Assembly (NCBI GenBank): GCA_977018835.1
Contig: OZ361257.1
Coordinates: 372,001 to 436,000, forward strand
Reading direction: 5' to 3'
Length of the DNA stretch: 64,000 nucleotides
DNA from: Minutocellus sp. GHC0000111
Taxonomy: Eukaryota
The notes below the pieces were generated by a model. That model did not search any database and was not told the DNA's origin. It saw nothing but the letters and a program-made list of their open reading frames with translations. Of this stretch, positions 26,246 through 36,053 are shown piece after piece. The translations under genes and the position numbers were made by a program. Within the stretch, counting starts at the first letter, position 1. Each line of letters opens with the position of its first letter.

Positions 26246-27388
26246 TCAACTCGCCACAAATGTGGTCACAAAGACCGTGTAGAAATCCAAATTGATGGTT
26301 GCATGATAGTGCTTGTCTGGAAAGCAAATAATGTCACCGTGCTCTAGAGTGCATTCCCAAGGGAGTGCATCTTCCTTTGCTCTCCTTACAAAATGCCCGT
26401 CTCCTTCACTATCAGCTCTTTCGATTGCACCTGCTACATGTAGAAGCACAGCTTCTTCCTTCGCATCCACTTCATTTGCAGTGGCGAGGTCACTGTAATG
26501 TGTGTCCATCCAATCAACAGTTGACTGAGTGGGATCACTCTTGGGCTTCATGTCCGGCGGGTACAGCATCCAATGCTTCCTTCCATGAATGACATGAGAA
26601 AATCCTGCACCATGAGAATGCCACTGAACACCGCTACCGCGAGTACCGATGCCAAAAGCCAAAGCTGTGCGCTTCCTATCGGTACATGCTTCACACGGTG
26701 GGAGTGGATATTGTGACAGCAGATGTTTCCATTCCAATCCATCTCCACGGAAAAAGTACCACGATGAGTCTAATTCTGAGTCCGCCGTCAGATTATCGGG
26801 GGTTATCCCACCCAAACCAACTGCCCCGATTCTTCTTTTATGTTCTCGTATCTCATCAAGGTGCTCCGCTAGCAACATTGTGCGGCGTCTGGAAGCTGCA
26901 TTGCTGGAACTGCTCAGTGTCACCGTCGTCTCCGAGGCAGAACTTTTCGATAAAGAATCAATCGATGTCATTTCAATAAATTTCAACAACTCTTCTTGTC
27001 TGTAGGTAGCCATTTTTGCTATAGACTGGCCACTAGCAACCTCATTATTGGATATGATCAAAGGGAACGGATGATTCTTTGGCACTCCATCGGATCCGAA
27101 TTTTTCATGGAGGGCTGCTCGACTCAATCGAATAATGTTACACCGATGTCTCGATACATCATCAATCCACTTGAGGGGGGAATTCTGCTCACTCGCCACT
27201 CCGGATTCCGACGACGAAGAAGCCGTAGCCCGGCACTCGCCACTGCCTCCAATTTGTTTGCACGAGAAATCTTCGATTTCTGCCAACGCGAGGGACAGTT
27301 GTGCCAAAATAAGAAGAAAGGAACCGGTAAGGATTGCCGAGACGCCGACGAGGATGGTAGAAGAAAGGTGTCCTCGGCCCCGGTGCAT
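26246..27388 (-). CDS. JMJD8: JmjC domain protein, JMJD8-like, with N-terminal signal/TM
   Basis: TVTLSS, FGIGTRGSGVQWHSHGAGFSHVIHGRKHWMLYPP, WECTLEHGDIICFPDKHYHATINL (HxH...H triad typical of JMJD8). Confidence 0.75.
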   Translation of the reverse strand: MHRGRGHLSSTILVGVSAILTGSFLLILAQLSLALAEIEDFSCKQIGGSGECRATASSSSESGVASEQNSPLKWIDDVSRHRCNIIRLSRAALHEKFGSDGVPKNHPFPLIISNNEVASGQSIAKMATYRQEELLKFIEMTSIDSLSKSSASETTVTLSSSSNAASRRRTMLLAEHLDEIREHKRRIGAVGLGGITPDNLTADSELDSSWYFFRGDGLEWKHLLSQYPLPPCEACTDRKRTALAFGIGTRGSGVQWHSHGAGFSHVIHGRKHWMLYPPDMKPKSDPTQSTVDWMDTHYSDLATANEVDAKEEAVLLHVAGAIERADSEGDGHFVRRAKEDALPWECTLEHGDIICFPDKHYHATINLDFYTVFVTTFVAS

Positions 27389-27780
27389 GACAACTATCAA
27401 ATGCTACGTAGCTAGACTTGATCACTTGGTCAGCCACTTCGACGCAAATGCCATGCATCTTGCTCTGCCTGCGCCCCCCCCGGGGGCCGGGGGCAGGCAG
27501 GGGGCGCCCCCCGCCGCCGCACGGGCGGTTGGCTGGGACGGTTAGACGGTTGGCACCGTTGCGTGCGGGTGACGACCGACCACGCTGATGCTGGCCACCA
27601 CCACAAGATTATTACGCTTCCACAAACTCTCTTCTCTTCTCTGCTGCGCTCTTGGGCCCCTCTCGTTTGATTGAGCATTCCGGAAAGAGTCGAGTCCAAG
27701 CAAAGCACGATGCGCGCACAAGTTGACGAACATCGGAACGGAACCCAATCCAACCTCTCTCAAATAATCACAACGTAATC

Positions 27781-29796
27781 ATGGTGGTGGAACAACAACC
27801 CTTTCGGGATCAATTCGCCCAGGTTGCCGACTCGGGAAAGCCAGTGCCCAAGGACAAAAAGTGGCACGCCAGCACAAGAGAAAACAGCCAGGACAAGTGG
27901 AAAACCGACAAGAAGCGAGGAGACACGGTCGGAGCTCTCGAGGCACAGTCGGAACCCTCTCTCGACTTTGACGAACCACTCACGCCGCTCATCGGGAGCG
28001 AGAATGATAAAGATCTGTGGCAGAAGGCGCAGGATGCATGGAAGGATGAGGGACTGCGGAAGAAGCTCATCGAGGCATCCAAAAATGTCCCTGTGGAAAC
28101 GTGCTGCTGTGGTCTCATCTCGGACGATGACAAGCTCATCAAGGATGTGGTCCCATGTCTCAATAAGCACTTTGCACCTTTGGCTAACGAGGCGCTGAAG
28201 AAGCATGGATTTGAAGTGGATGCCTTTTTGTGGTGGTGGCACAATCTCCAGGGCAAATCCGAGACGACCATTGTGCTCATTCGATTTTATGAAGCATCGC
28301 AAGAAGAAGGATTCGGCGTTGCATTTGAATGGCGATGCGACAGATGCAACCAACCTTTTTCTTTTTGCACTTGGATCGGCCAGAGGTCAGAAGTTGTGTG
28401 CCCCGGCAGAAAGCATTCTAGAAGTCAGGCTGGAATGAACTTGGAGCTGATGGAGGCAGCGGAAGATGAGGCCATGCACGCAAGTCGCTTCATGAATTTC
28501 TGCACGAAGGCCGACATCGTCCATCCGACCGAAAAGAATGCCCGACAGGTGGAAAAGAAATGCAGAGCAGCGGCTGTTGAAGCAGCTGATGAAATCATTG
28601 ACGAGAACAGGGCAAAAGCATGTGCCGCTAGCAGCAAGACTGTTGAGTTTGAACAAGGCGGCGAGATGCACACGGCGGCGGTTTTTACGGTGGCCCAAGA
28701 CGGCAGCGCCCTCAAACGCGACTACGGCCATTGCTACACTGGCTCTGCTGCAGCGGTGTTTGCCGCAGACAAGGAAACTGGCCTTGTTGTTGACAAGGGA
28801 ATCTCTCAGGCAAGCTGCCACTGTTGCTTGAGAGCCTGCAATGCAAGATTGAGGGAGAGGCGGGAAGCCGGCAATCCAACAACGCCGAGTGAGCTCAAAA
28901 ACATGAGCAAGGATGAGACACTGGCCCTGTACGACCATGATGGCTTCTGCTATCGCAACTCTTCCCACTCCCCCGGTGTGGCAGAGGAGCATCTGGCCGA
29001 GAATGTTGGACGGAGTCTTCTGGTCGACGATGAAGGAAGCGTGCAGGCGTGTCCTCTTTTCGTTGAGAAGCACGTTGCCGATGGCGATAGCAAAGGCATT
29101 GCTAGGGCAGCAGCCGCTCAGGAAGACATAGCAGGTGATGAGTTGGCTTCTGGTGTTGAGCTTTGCCGTGACTTTAATCATCTGAGCAATTCAATTGACT
29201 CAGGCTTTCGAAAAGCATGCAAAGGAGTTGAAAATTTTAATGCCATCCCCCGACCACGCATCAATCGGATGAAACAGGACATTTCGAAGATCACTGATCG
29301 GCACAAGCACAGCGTTCTCGATCAGCCCGATGGTGCTGTGTCCGAGGAGGAAAAACAAAGTCATCTGGCCCTCCTTCAGAAAGAACTCCAGTCCAACGGG
29401 CAAAGACACCTGCTGTTGTTGCTGTGGCAGTCCTCCTCCACCTCCTGTCGCAGCTTGCTGTTGCTGCTGGCCTGGTGGCTGCATCGGAAATCCAAGGCGG
29501 CTCGACACGCCCCCTCCAGTGGCCAAGCTTTGTTCCATCTTGGACTTTTCGGCGCAGGCTCTTGTGCTTGTGCTTGCGATTGCATTTGCTGCAAACACGT
29601 GGCCGAAGAACCCATCCCCGGCACGCCCATGCCGGCCACGGCGGCTGCCGTTGCGGCCATTCCAGGATCCGCCGCCGCCGCCAGGGCAAAGTTGTTGTTG
29701 TTGTGGAAGGCCGTCTGGATGCCTCTGCCGGTCGGCAGAGCGGCGCCATCGAACCCAACAGATCCCGCCACGGTCGCCGCCTGCTGCTGGAGTTGA
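27781..29796 (+). CDS. Chimeric ORF: ~176 aa of a host protein fused in frame to a Kolobok transposase core, then read-through into antisense host sequence
   Basis: 28309-29394 is the reverse complement of 33265-34350 (about 98% identical by manual count). The N-terminal part has a CCC motif; the C-terminal 130 aa are antisense to a Gln/Ala-rich gene. Confidence 0.7.
   Translation: MVVEQQPFRDQFAQVADSGKPVPKDKKWHASTRENSQDKWKTDKKRGDTVGALEAQSEPSLDFDEPLTPLIGSENDKDLWQKAQDAWKDEGLRKKLIEASKNVPVETCCCGLISDDDKLIKDVVPCLNKHFAPLANEALKKHGFEVDAFLWWWHNLQGKSETTIVLIRFYEASQEEGFGVAFEWRCDRCNQPFSFCTWIGQRSEVVCPGRKHSRSQAGMNLELMEAAEDEAMHASRFMNFCTKADIVHPTEKNARQVEKKCRAAAVEAADEIIDENRAKACAASSKTVEFEQGGEMHTAAVFTVAQDGSALKRDYGHCYTGSAAAVFAADKETGLVVDKGISQASCHCCLRACNARLRERREAGNPTTPSELKNMSKDETLALYDHDGFCYRNSSHSPGVAEEHLAENVGRSLLVDDEGSVQACPLFVEKHVADGDSKGIARAAAAQEDIAGDELASGVELCRDFNHLSNSIDSGFRKACKGVENFNAIPRPRINRMKQDISKITDRHKHSVLDQPDGAVSEEEKQSHLALLQKELQSNGQRHLLLLLWQSSSTSCRSLLLLLAWWLHRKSKAARHAPSSGQALFHLGLFGAGSCACACDCICCKHVAEEPIPGTPMPATAAAVAAIPGSAAAARAKLLLLWKAVWMPLPVGRAAPSNPTDPATVAACCWS
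28309..29394 (+). mobile_element. 1086-bp internal fragment of the Kolobok-type transposase, without TIRs
   Basis: Colinear, gap-free inverted match to 33265-34350 with about 18 substitutions. Confidence 0.92.
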
Positions 29797-30239
29797 TGCT
29801 GCGTTGCCGCCGCATCGTTAGGGAGCATAGCGGCAGTTACCGTCTGGTTGAAGGTGCGGAGAGGATCCTCCATCTCATTGACAAAGTAATCGGCAAACAA
29901 GTCGTTCAGGTCCAAATCTGGCTCTCCGGACTGCTCCAATCAGATGCATCAAAGCAGAAGCCAAATCCAAATTCAATTGCATCCAGAGTGTGCACGTGTA
30001 GTTCCAAGTCAAGATCCGAGTGATTGACGTGATTCGATCCCAATGCAAGCCAAAACATGGATCAAGGATTCGACAGAGGGTGTCAACAGAAGTGAGCTTC
30101 CAAACATGTGTTTCGAGCACATAACACACAAAAAAGATGTTTCTCCCAAAGAACATTTGCAACATCAATGAGCAACATCAATGATGCGCACCTTTCCACC
30201 CTGTGCCGGCGCGAACAGGGGTTGCTGGAAGCCCGACAT
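29395..30239 (-). pseudogene. 5' part of a Gln/Ala-rich protein (transcription-factor-like N-terminus), frameshifted and cut off by the transposase fragment; intron 30191-29931
   Basis: Spliced MSGFQQPLFAPAQGGK|SGEPDLDLNDLFADYFVNEMEDPL..., poly-Q/A tracts, frameshift at about 29548 (APK/SKMEQ), abrupt end at 29395. The TF identity is a guess from composition. Confidence 0.55.
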
Positions 30240-30942
30240 TGTGCAAGTGTTGTCTGCTACCGGCACTTTTTCTGCTTCAGAACTGGATGAGCCGAGTGAG
30301 CCGGAGGGAGGTCACTTGGTTTCGAGAAGGAATCAAACTAGATCTGCGAAGAACGAAGCCCCGAAGTGTGAGACACAAATAGAAGATGAATGTGAGTCAT
30401 GGAATTGACATCGAGTGGAAAATTGGAAGTCAAAGTGCCGAGAGGTCGAGGTAACATGTCGGCCAGTCCAATCGGCTCGAATTTTCGCAGGCCAGCACAA
30501 TCTCTGCAGAGGGCCGAAAAACAACGCTGGCGCCCCCGGAAATTTCTTGTACTGATTCCTACGTAGACTTCTACGGGGGATCGTAATCTTGGGGAGATTT
30601 TGCTTCAACTCCCAGAATTGGATCATTCCCCCCAAAGTCGAGATGAGCTCGAACGTGGCGCAAAACTTCTCGCCGCAACGAGCGGCGCGGGCAAGGAACA
30701 CTCACCGATGTCCACGCCTCGCCTCTTGGTGGAGTCTGGGGTGCAAAAATGAGCAAAGAAGAAGCGACGCCGCGGGCAAAGCGACCGTCCTCCGATGTTG
30801 GCCTCGTATCGGCACCTTTTGCTTGAAACGAAGTGAGCAAATGCGAGATTTTTGATAGGGGCAAAGGCAAATAGAAAGTCAAGTCGGGAGATTCCAATTT
30901 GTATTTTAAATGATGTCATTCCGAAAGTACGTGAAAAATTAA

Positions 30943-30959
30943 GAGGGCGCTGTCCATAA
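30943..30959 (+). repeat. Left TIR of the Kolobok element (17 bp)
   Basis: GAGGGCGCTGTCCATAA, the exact reverse complement of 35375-35391. Confidence 0.95.
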
Positions 30960-31066
30960 TTTTCCCCGTTTTTAATCCCCCTTATTCTTATTTCTTATGA
31001 CGAGCGAAGCATGACAAAAACTCGACCCCACCATGGGAATCGCCGCTCTGCCCCCTCTTCATTACG

Positions 31067-32296
31067 ATGAAGCGCAGCGCTGATAATAGTGCCGGCCCGG
31101 CCCACAACGCAGATACGCGGTTGCGGAAACTCAAGACAGATAACTCCGGTCGCCCGATTTTGCCTGTTGACAAGAAGAAAGAGAAGGCGGAGGACAAAGC
31201 GAAAGACGCCGTTACCGAGATACTGGAGGGCCTCGCCGTCACGTTGGAGAACGACCCGAACGGACAAGGACGAGAATTATGGAACAATCCCGGCGTCGGC
31301 CATGCACTTCAACATCTTGTCAAAGCAGTCGAGGCTCGCGCTGATAAGTATCATGTTCGGGATGATATTGATGTCGCTGCTGAGCGGCCCGGCCTCGTAG
31401 TTACCAACCTGTCCGTGGCTGATGTGAAGTTGAGGCTGACGGTCGGCATCGTCGATCAATTGCAAGATCCCATGTTTGACGCCGGACCTGAATTCTTCCC
31501 TATATTTCAACTTCATGGGAAACGGATCGATATTGGATCGGCTCTTGCTGCGCACGGCCGACCTTTCAACACCACATCGCTTACTTTGCTTGATGGAAGC
31601 GGAAAGCTTATCGTCGCTCGTGTTGCCCTGACAATTACCGAAAAGGCCCGAAGTCTACAACAGGGCCATGTGATCAAATTGACAAAGTTCCACCGATGGC
31701 ATGTGGCTCCATATGATGACATACACTCTACTGCTGGGATTGGACTAGTTGATTTTGATATTGTTGGAATGGGCCAACTTCTGCAGGTAGATGGTGGGCC
31801 ATCAGCAGCGATCAGATCGGACACGGATGCTCTTGTTGCGGCCGTTTGTGAGGAAGCCGACGATGATCCGACGGCAGCGCCGGAGGCAGACACATTCGGT
31901 AATTGGGACGAGACCAGAGAGAGGCCGCCAATACCCCCTGCTTGCTGCACTGCCGCCAACCGAAGCTGCTCAATGTACGGCACACTCTTCTTTCAGAAAT
32001 GCGTCTGCGAAGAAATGCTGGTGCCGACGGAGGAGGACCTGGAGGATATCGCTGACAAATACTACGCAACCACCATGCCAGTCGAAGCCATGGCAAATAA
32101 TTTGAAGAGGAACATGCTGTATTGGTACTATGCAACTGAGGTGTATCATGTGAGAGGTTGGCTTGATCGGAAGCCCTTGCCAACCTGTCTAGTCTTTTGC
32201 ATTAGGTTCATTTATCCAAATGATAAAGGTGAACGATATGTTGGATTCATCCCTGGTCATCAAGATGAAGAGGAAGAAGAAGAGGAAAATGCATAA
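31067..32296 (+). CDS. KolX-like accessory protein (C-terminus resembles the P2X7 intracellular/KolX domain; central OB-fold-like segment)
   Basis: Cys cluster CC-x6-C...CVC, then NNLKRNMLYWYY...GWLDRKPLPTCLVFCIRFIYPNDKGERYVGF, matching the N..R..Y...G...R.P.P.C....IR..(F/Y)P...G.Y.GF pattern. Lies inside the TIRs. Confidence 0.75.
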   Translation: MKRSADNSAGPAHNADTRLRKLKTDNSGRPILPVDKKKEKAEDKAKDAVTEILEGLAVTLENDPNGQGRELWNNPGVGHALQHLVKAVEARADKYHVRDDIDVAAERPGLVVTNLSVADVKLRLTVGIVDQLQDPMFDAGPEFFPIFQLHGKRIDIGSALAAHGRPFNTTSLTLLDGSGKLIVARVALTITEKARSLQQGHVIKLTKFHRWHVAPYDDIHSTAGIGLVDFDIVGMGQLLQVDGGPSAAIRSDTDALVAAVCEEADDDPTAAPEADTFGNWDETRERPPIPPACCTAANRSCSMYGTLFFQKCVCEEMLVPTEEDLEDIADKYYATTMPVEAMANNLKRNMLYWYYATEVYHVRGWLDRKPLPTCLVFCIRFIYPNDKGERYVGFIPGHQDEEEEEEENA

Positions 32297-32400
32297 TCAC
32301 TACCTCAACACATGTAGATAACAAGAATGTGCGTAGCACGTGAGTAACAGCACACAATAAATCCATTTTTATTTACAGTGATAAAATATTTTACACGTGT

Positions 32401-34929
32401 TTACAAGCTGCCATTTTCTCTCAGTATCGCCGGCATCCAAGAGCTAACATCATTTGCCGATACACCGAAGTTTGTCTTAGCTTTCTTATTATTTCTTGCA
32501 GATTTCTTGTTGCTGCCTGGGCTTCTGCGCTTCTTTCCGGCGTAAACGACAACGTCGTCAGCATCGTCGCATTGACATTCAGCCCGAGTGTGGCCAAGCT
32601 GCTTGCATTTCTGACACTGCTGGTCAATCTTCTTCTTGCGGCCAGGCTTTGCTGGTTTCGCCTTACCAGCAGCTAGGGCCCTGTTCTTCTTGTACACATA
32701 GTCCTTGTCGTCTTTCTCGCTTCTGTTTCGCAAGGCTGCTCGAAGGCGCTTGCTGTCGCTCTTGCTCTTTTTGTACTCATCGGTGCGCTTACGCGCAAGG
32801 TCGCCCTCGAGCTTCCGGTCAATTGCATCGAATCCATCTTTTCGGGTAGGAGAATCCCTCGATCCCAACTTTCCAAGAACTCGCTCATTGAATTCCGTAC
32901 CCAGTGACTTGTGGCCAGCGGCTCTACTTGTTGCATTTGGGTAGGCGTCTGAAGCAGTCAAATTCGGCCTTTTCCTCATCGTGAACTTCGTCACCATCCC
33001 GTTGAGCTGTTCGACGCCGGTGGTAGATTCCTTCTTGCAGTTGGAGTCGGCAGTATTCTTGTTGATTCTCTTAATTATTTCAAGCGTCATCTTGCGAATC
33101 GTGTCGTCACTAATCTCCAATATGTCGCCATCGAATTGATTCCCCGAGCTCCATTCCTCATCGAGCTTGCCATCACTCCAATCAGGATGAGCAATGCTGA
33201 GGCGAATCCAATCACACGTGTTGGTGGTGCAAAAAGTGTGAATGCCACATTGGTGACGAACGACGGACTGGAGTTCTTTCTGAAGGAGGGCCAGATGACT
33301 TTGTTTTTCCTCCTCGGACACAGCACCATCGGGCTGATCGAGAACGCTGTGCTTGTGCCGATCAGTAATCTTCGAAATGTCCTGTTTCATCCGATTGATG
33401 CGTGGTCGGGGGATGGCATTAAAATTTTCAACTCCTTTGCACACTTTTCGAAAGCCTGAGTCAATTGAATTGCTCAGATGATTAAAGTCACGGCAAAGCT
33501 CAACACCAGAAGCCAACTCATCACCTGCTATGTCTTCCTGAGCGGCTGCTGCCCTAGTAATGCCTTTGCTATCGCCATCGGCAACGTGCTTCTCAACGAA
33601 AAGAGGACACGCCTGCACGCTTCCTTCATCGTCGACCAGAAGATTCCGTCCAACATTCTCGGCCAGATGCTCCTCTGCCACACCGGGGGAGTAGGAAGAG
33701 TTGCGATAGCAGAAGCCATCATGGTCGTACAGGGCCAGCATCTCATCCTTGCTCATGTTTTTGAGCTCACTCGGCGTTGTTGGATTGCCGGCTTCCCGCC
33801 TCTCCCTCAATCTTGCATTGCAGGCTCTCACGCAATAGTGGCAGCTTGCCTGAGAGATTCCCTTGTCAACAACAAGGCCAGTTTCCTTGTCTACGGCAAA
33901 TACCGCTGCAGCAGAGCCAGTGTAGCAATGGCCGTAGTCGCGTTTGAGGGCGCTGCCGTCTTGGGCCACCGCAACCACCGCCGCCGTGTGCATCTCGCCG
34001 CCTTGTTCAAACTCAACAGTCTTGCTGCTAGCGGCACATGCTTTTGCCCTGTTCTCGTCAATGATTTCATCAGCTGCTTCAACAGCCGCTGCTCTGCATT
34101 TCTTTTCCACCTGTCGGGCATTCTTTTCGGTCGGATGGACGATGTCGGCCTTCGTGCAGAAATTCATGAAGCGACTTGCGCACATGGCCTCATCTTCCGC
34201 TGCCTCCATCAGCTCCAAGTTCATTCCAGCCTGACTTCTAGAATGCTTTCTGCCGGGGCACACAACTTCTGACCTCTGGCCGATCCAAGTGCAAAAAGAA
34301 AAAGGTTGGTTGCATCTGTCGCATCGCCATTCAAATGTAACGCCGAATCCACGCCGAACTGGCTCGGCCGAGAGACACAGATTGCCGCACGATCGGTGGA
34401 GATTCTGTACGAAATCACACAGCTGCTTCATCTCAACCACAATTCTTTTGCCGTTGAGCTGCACGCCGGTGATGTTGGGACGATCGGTAGCGTTGGCGGT
34501 GGGAGCAGATGACCGACCGCCCGAAGAATTCTTGTCGGAATGATGTTTCAGTGTCGCGTTGAGATGGGGCCCATGCTTTTCATCGTCCTGGAAACAATTT
34601 TCAGGCATGGTCGGCAGTGATCGCTTGCCATTGCGTTGAGAGCGTGGGCTGGCGTTATCGGCTATTCTGGAGAAGCGGTAGAAGGGCTTTGCAACGTCAA
34701 GGCCTGATATTTTCTCTGGACGTCGTCGTTGGATGTTGACCTCGTGTCGTGTTGGGACGTGTTGAAGAGATGATCGAACAAGAGAGATCTCTAAGCTCGG
34801 CGACACGCCACCGCGCATCAAGACACGGACAAGCTCATCAATAGTGTAGTAAGTACATCTGACGTCGTCTGGGAATGAGAGCAAGAGTGAGAGGATTGCC
34901 TCCTTGGCGTTAGCACGTGATGTTTCCAT
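32401..34929 (-). CDS. Kolobok-type DDE transposase, 842 aa, intact
   Basis: Putative catalytic VAQDGS, VADGDSK and TTGVEQLN; H-x4-H-x2-C motif HQCGIHTFC; CHYC...H...C-YRN; C-terminal CCHC knuckle CQKCKQLGHTRAEC; basic NLS-like tail. Confidence 0.88.
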   Translation of the reverse strand: METSRANAKEAILSLLLSFPDDVRCTYYTIDELVRVLMRGGVSPSLEISLVRSSLQHVPTRHEVNIQRRRPEKISGLDVAKPFYRFSRIADNASPRSQRNGKRSLPTMPENCFQDDEKHGPHLNATLKHHSDKNSSGGRSSAPTANATDRPNITGVQLNGKRIVVEMKQLCDFVQNLHRSCGNLCLSAEPVRRGFGVTFEWRCDRCNQPFSFCTWIGQRSEVVCPGRKHSRSQAGMNLELMEAAEDEAMCASRFMNFCTKADIVHPTEKNARQVEKKCRAAAVEAADEIIDENRAKACAASSKTVEFEQGGEMHTAAVVAVAQDGSALKRDYGHCYTGSAAAVFAVDKETGLVVDKGISQASCHYCVRACNARLRERREAGNPTTPSELKNMSKDEMLALYDHDGFCYRNSSYSPGVAEEHLAENVGRNLLVDDEGSVQACPLFVEKHVADGDSKGITRAAAAQEDIAGDELASGVELCRDFNHLSNSIDSGFRKVCKGVENFNAIPRPRINRMKQDISKITDRHKHSVLDQPDGAVSEEEKQSHLALLQKELQSVVRHQCGIHTFCTTNTCDWIRLSIAHPDWSDGKLDEEWSSGNQFDGDILEISDDTIRKMTLEIIKRINKNTADSNCKKESTTGVEQLNGMVTKFTMRKRPNLTASDAYPNATSRAAGHKSLGTEFNERVLGKLGSRDSPTRKDGFDAIDRKLEGDLARKRTDEYKKSKSDSKRLRAALRNRSEKDDKDYVYKKNRALAAGKAKPAKPGRKKKIDQQCQKCKQLGHTRAECQCDDADDVVVYAGKKRRSPGSNKKSARNNKKAKTNFGVSANDVSSWMPAILRENGSL

Positions 34930-35374
34930 GGTTGTTTTTTTGTTTTGCGTCGGTTCTGGCGCAAGACACGCTTTTCGATGAGAACCTTACAAAAAGAACC
35001 CCAAATGAGGGAGACGTGCAAAAATACCCCAAACAAACATCCCCTTACCTCCCAACAGCAAAACTTCAAGATATCTTCCCACCAGCACCACCAATGCTGG
35101 TTATGCGTCGGCCGAGACTAATTTCGGTCGATCCGACGATGATGTGTGCGTCGACTGTTGCATTTCTGAGGGAGAGTTGATTCATCGAAGTTCCTCTGAA
35201 CCAAGTGTTCCTGGAGGGATTTCCGACTTAATGCTGAAAGGAACGTCGATGACTCTTCGCCACTGTGGAGAGCGGCGGCCTTCGATGAGGAGCCCATTGT
35301 CACGTTGGAGTGCTAACTTTGGCGATGGTGCGAAGAAACGGCACAAAACACGCATTTTGGGGGCTTCCTAACAG

Positions 35375-35391
35375 TTATGGACAGCGCCCTC
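35375..35391 (-). repeat. Right TIR of the Kolobok element (17 bp)
   Basis: TTATGGACAGCGCCCTC followed by TTAA. Confidence 0.95.
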
Positions 35392-35588
35392 TTAACGATG
35401 TCACATACATCGTTATCAGAATTACCATTCGATGTTGACTATAGACCACGAATCAATAAATTGAATTCTAGAGCTGCATGTTTCACCATATCTTAGATCT
35501 AATATCTACTTGCTCGTGACTGAAACAAAGACATCAATTTCTCAATTGCTCACTAAAGTGGATCGGGCCAAAGCAAAGATCCCAACAA

Positions 35589-36053
35589 TTAGCAACCACG
35601 CCCCAGCATTTCACACAAGTCATCCCTCTTTTGCGATTTGTCCCGATTCTTCATCTCGGCTTGCTTCTCCATAGCAATTTTTGCATTCTCAATAGCCGAG
35701 CGGGCCCTGAGATTCTCTGATGCCTCTGGGTTGACGTCTGATCGCACATCGGTCGCCCGAACCGTCCGAGGTCCCCGAGGACCCTTCCCCGACTGCAACA
35801 GCTCCATTTTCCGCGCTGTCCTCGCTGCCATCTCTTCATCAGATAGGACTTGATTGTCCTCGGCGGCCTGAGCTGGTGGAGGGAGGCCGGTTGTCAGCAA
35901 AGTAGCAGTAGCACCTCCAGTGGCTGCCGCCCATCCTCTCCACATGGCCTCTCGCCGAGAGAAGCCAGATCGATGAGGGGTGTGCACCAAAGCATCGCAA
36001 GGTCGTATCGCTGCCGAGAAAATAACGAGGAGGGCAAAAAGGATCGGCGTCAT
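35589..36053 (-). CDS. Small plastid (thylakoid lumen-type) protein of unknown function
   Basis: Signal peptide, then twin-arginine-like SRREAM, a hydrophobic stretch and an AQA cleavage site; ends DDLCEMLGRGC. Confidence 0.6.
   Translation of the reverse strand: MTPILFALLVIFSAAIRPCDALVHTPHRSGFSRREAMWRGWAAATGGATATLLTTGLPPPAQAAEDNQVLSDEEMAARTARKMELLQSGKGPRGPRTVRATDVRSDVNPEASENLRARSAIENAKIAMEKQAEMKNRDKSQKRDDLCEMLGRGC

Larger units (their letters stand above)
30943..35391. mobile_element. Full-length Kolobok-superfamily DNA transposon (4449 bp), TTAA TSDs at 30939-30942 and 35392-35395
   Basis: TTAA|GAGGGCGCTGTCCATAA ... TTATGGACAGCGCCCTC|TTAA (RR..YY termini). Two convergent uninterrupted ORFs: a DDE transposase and a KolX-like protein. 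Confidence 0.9.

Noticed and set aside
27468..27530. GC-rich G/C-run tract (possible hairpin or G-quadruplex) in a divergent promoter
   Set aside because: A single low-complexity occurrence with no supporting evidence of function.
30939..35395. piggyBac assignment because of the TTAA TSD
   Set aside because: The termini are GAGGG, not CCY. The transposase motifs (DGS, DGDSK, H2CH, E) and the convergent KolX-like gene fit Kolobok.
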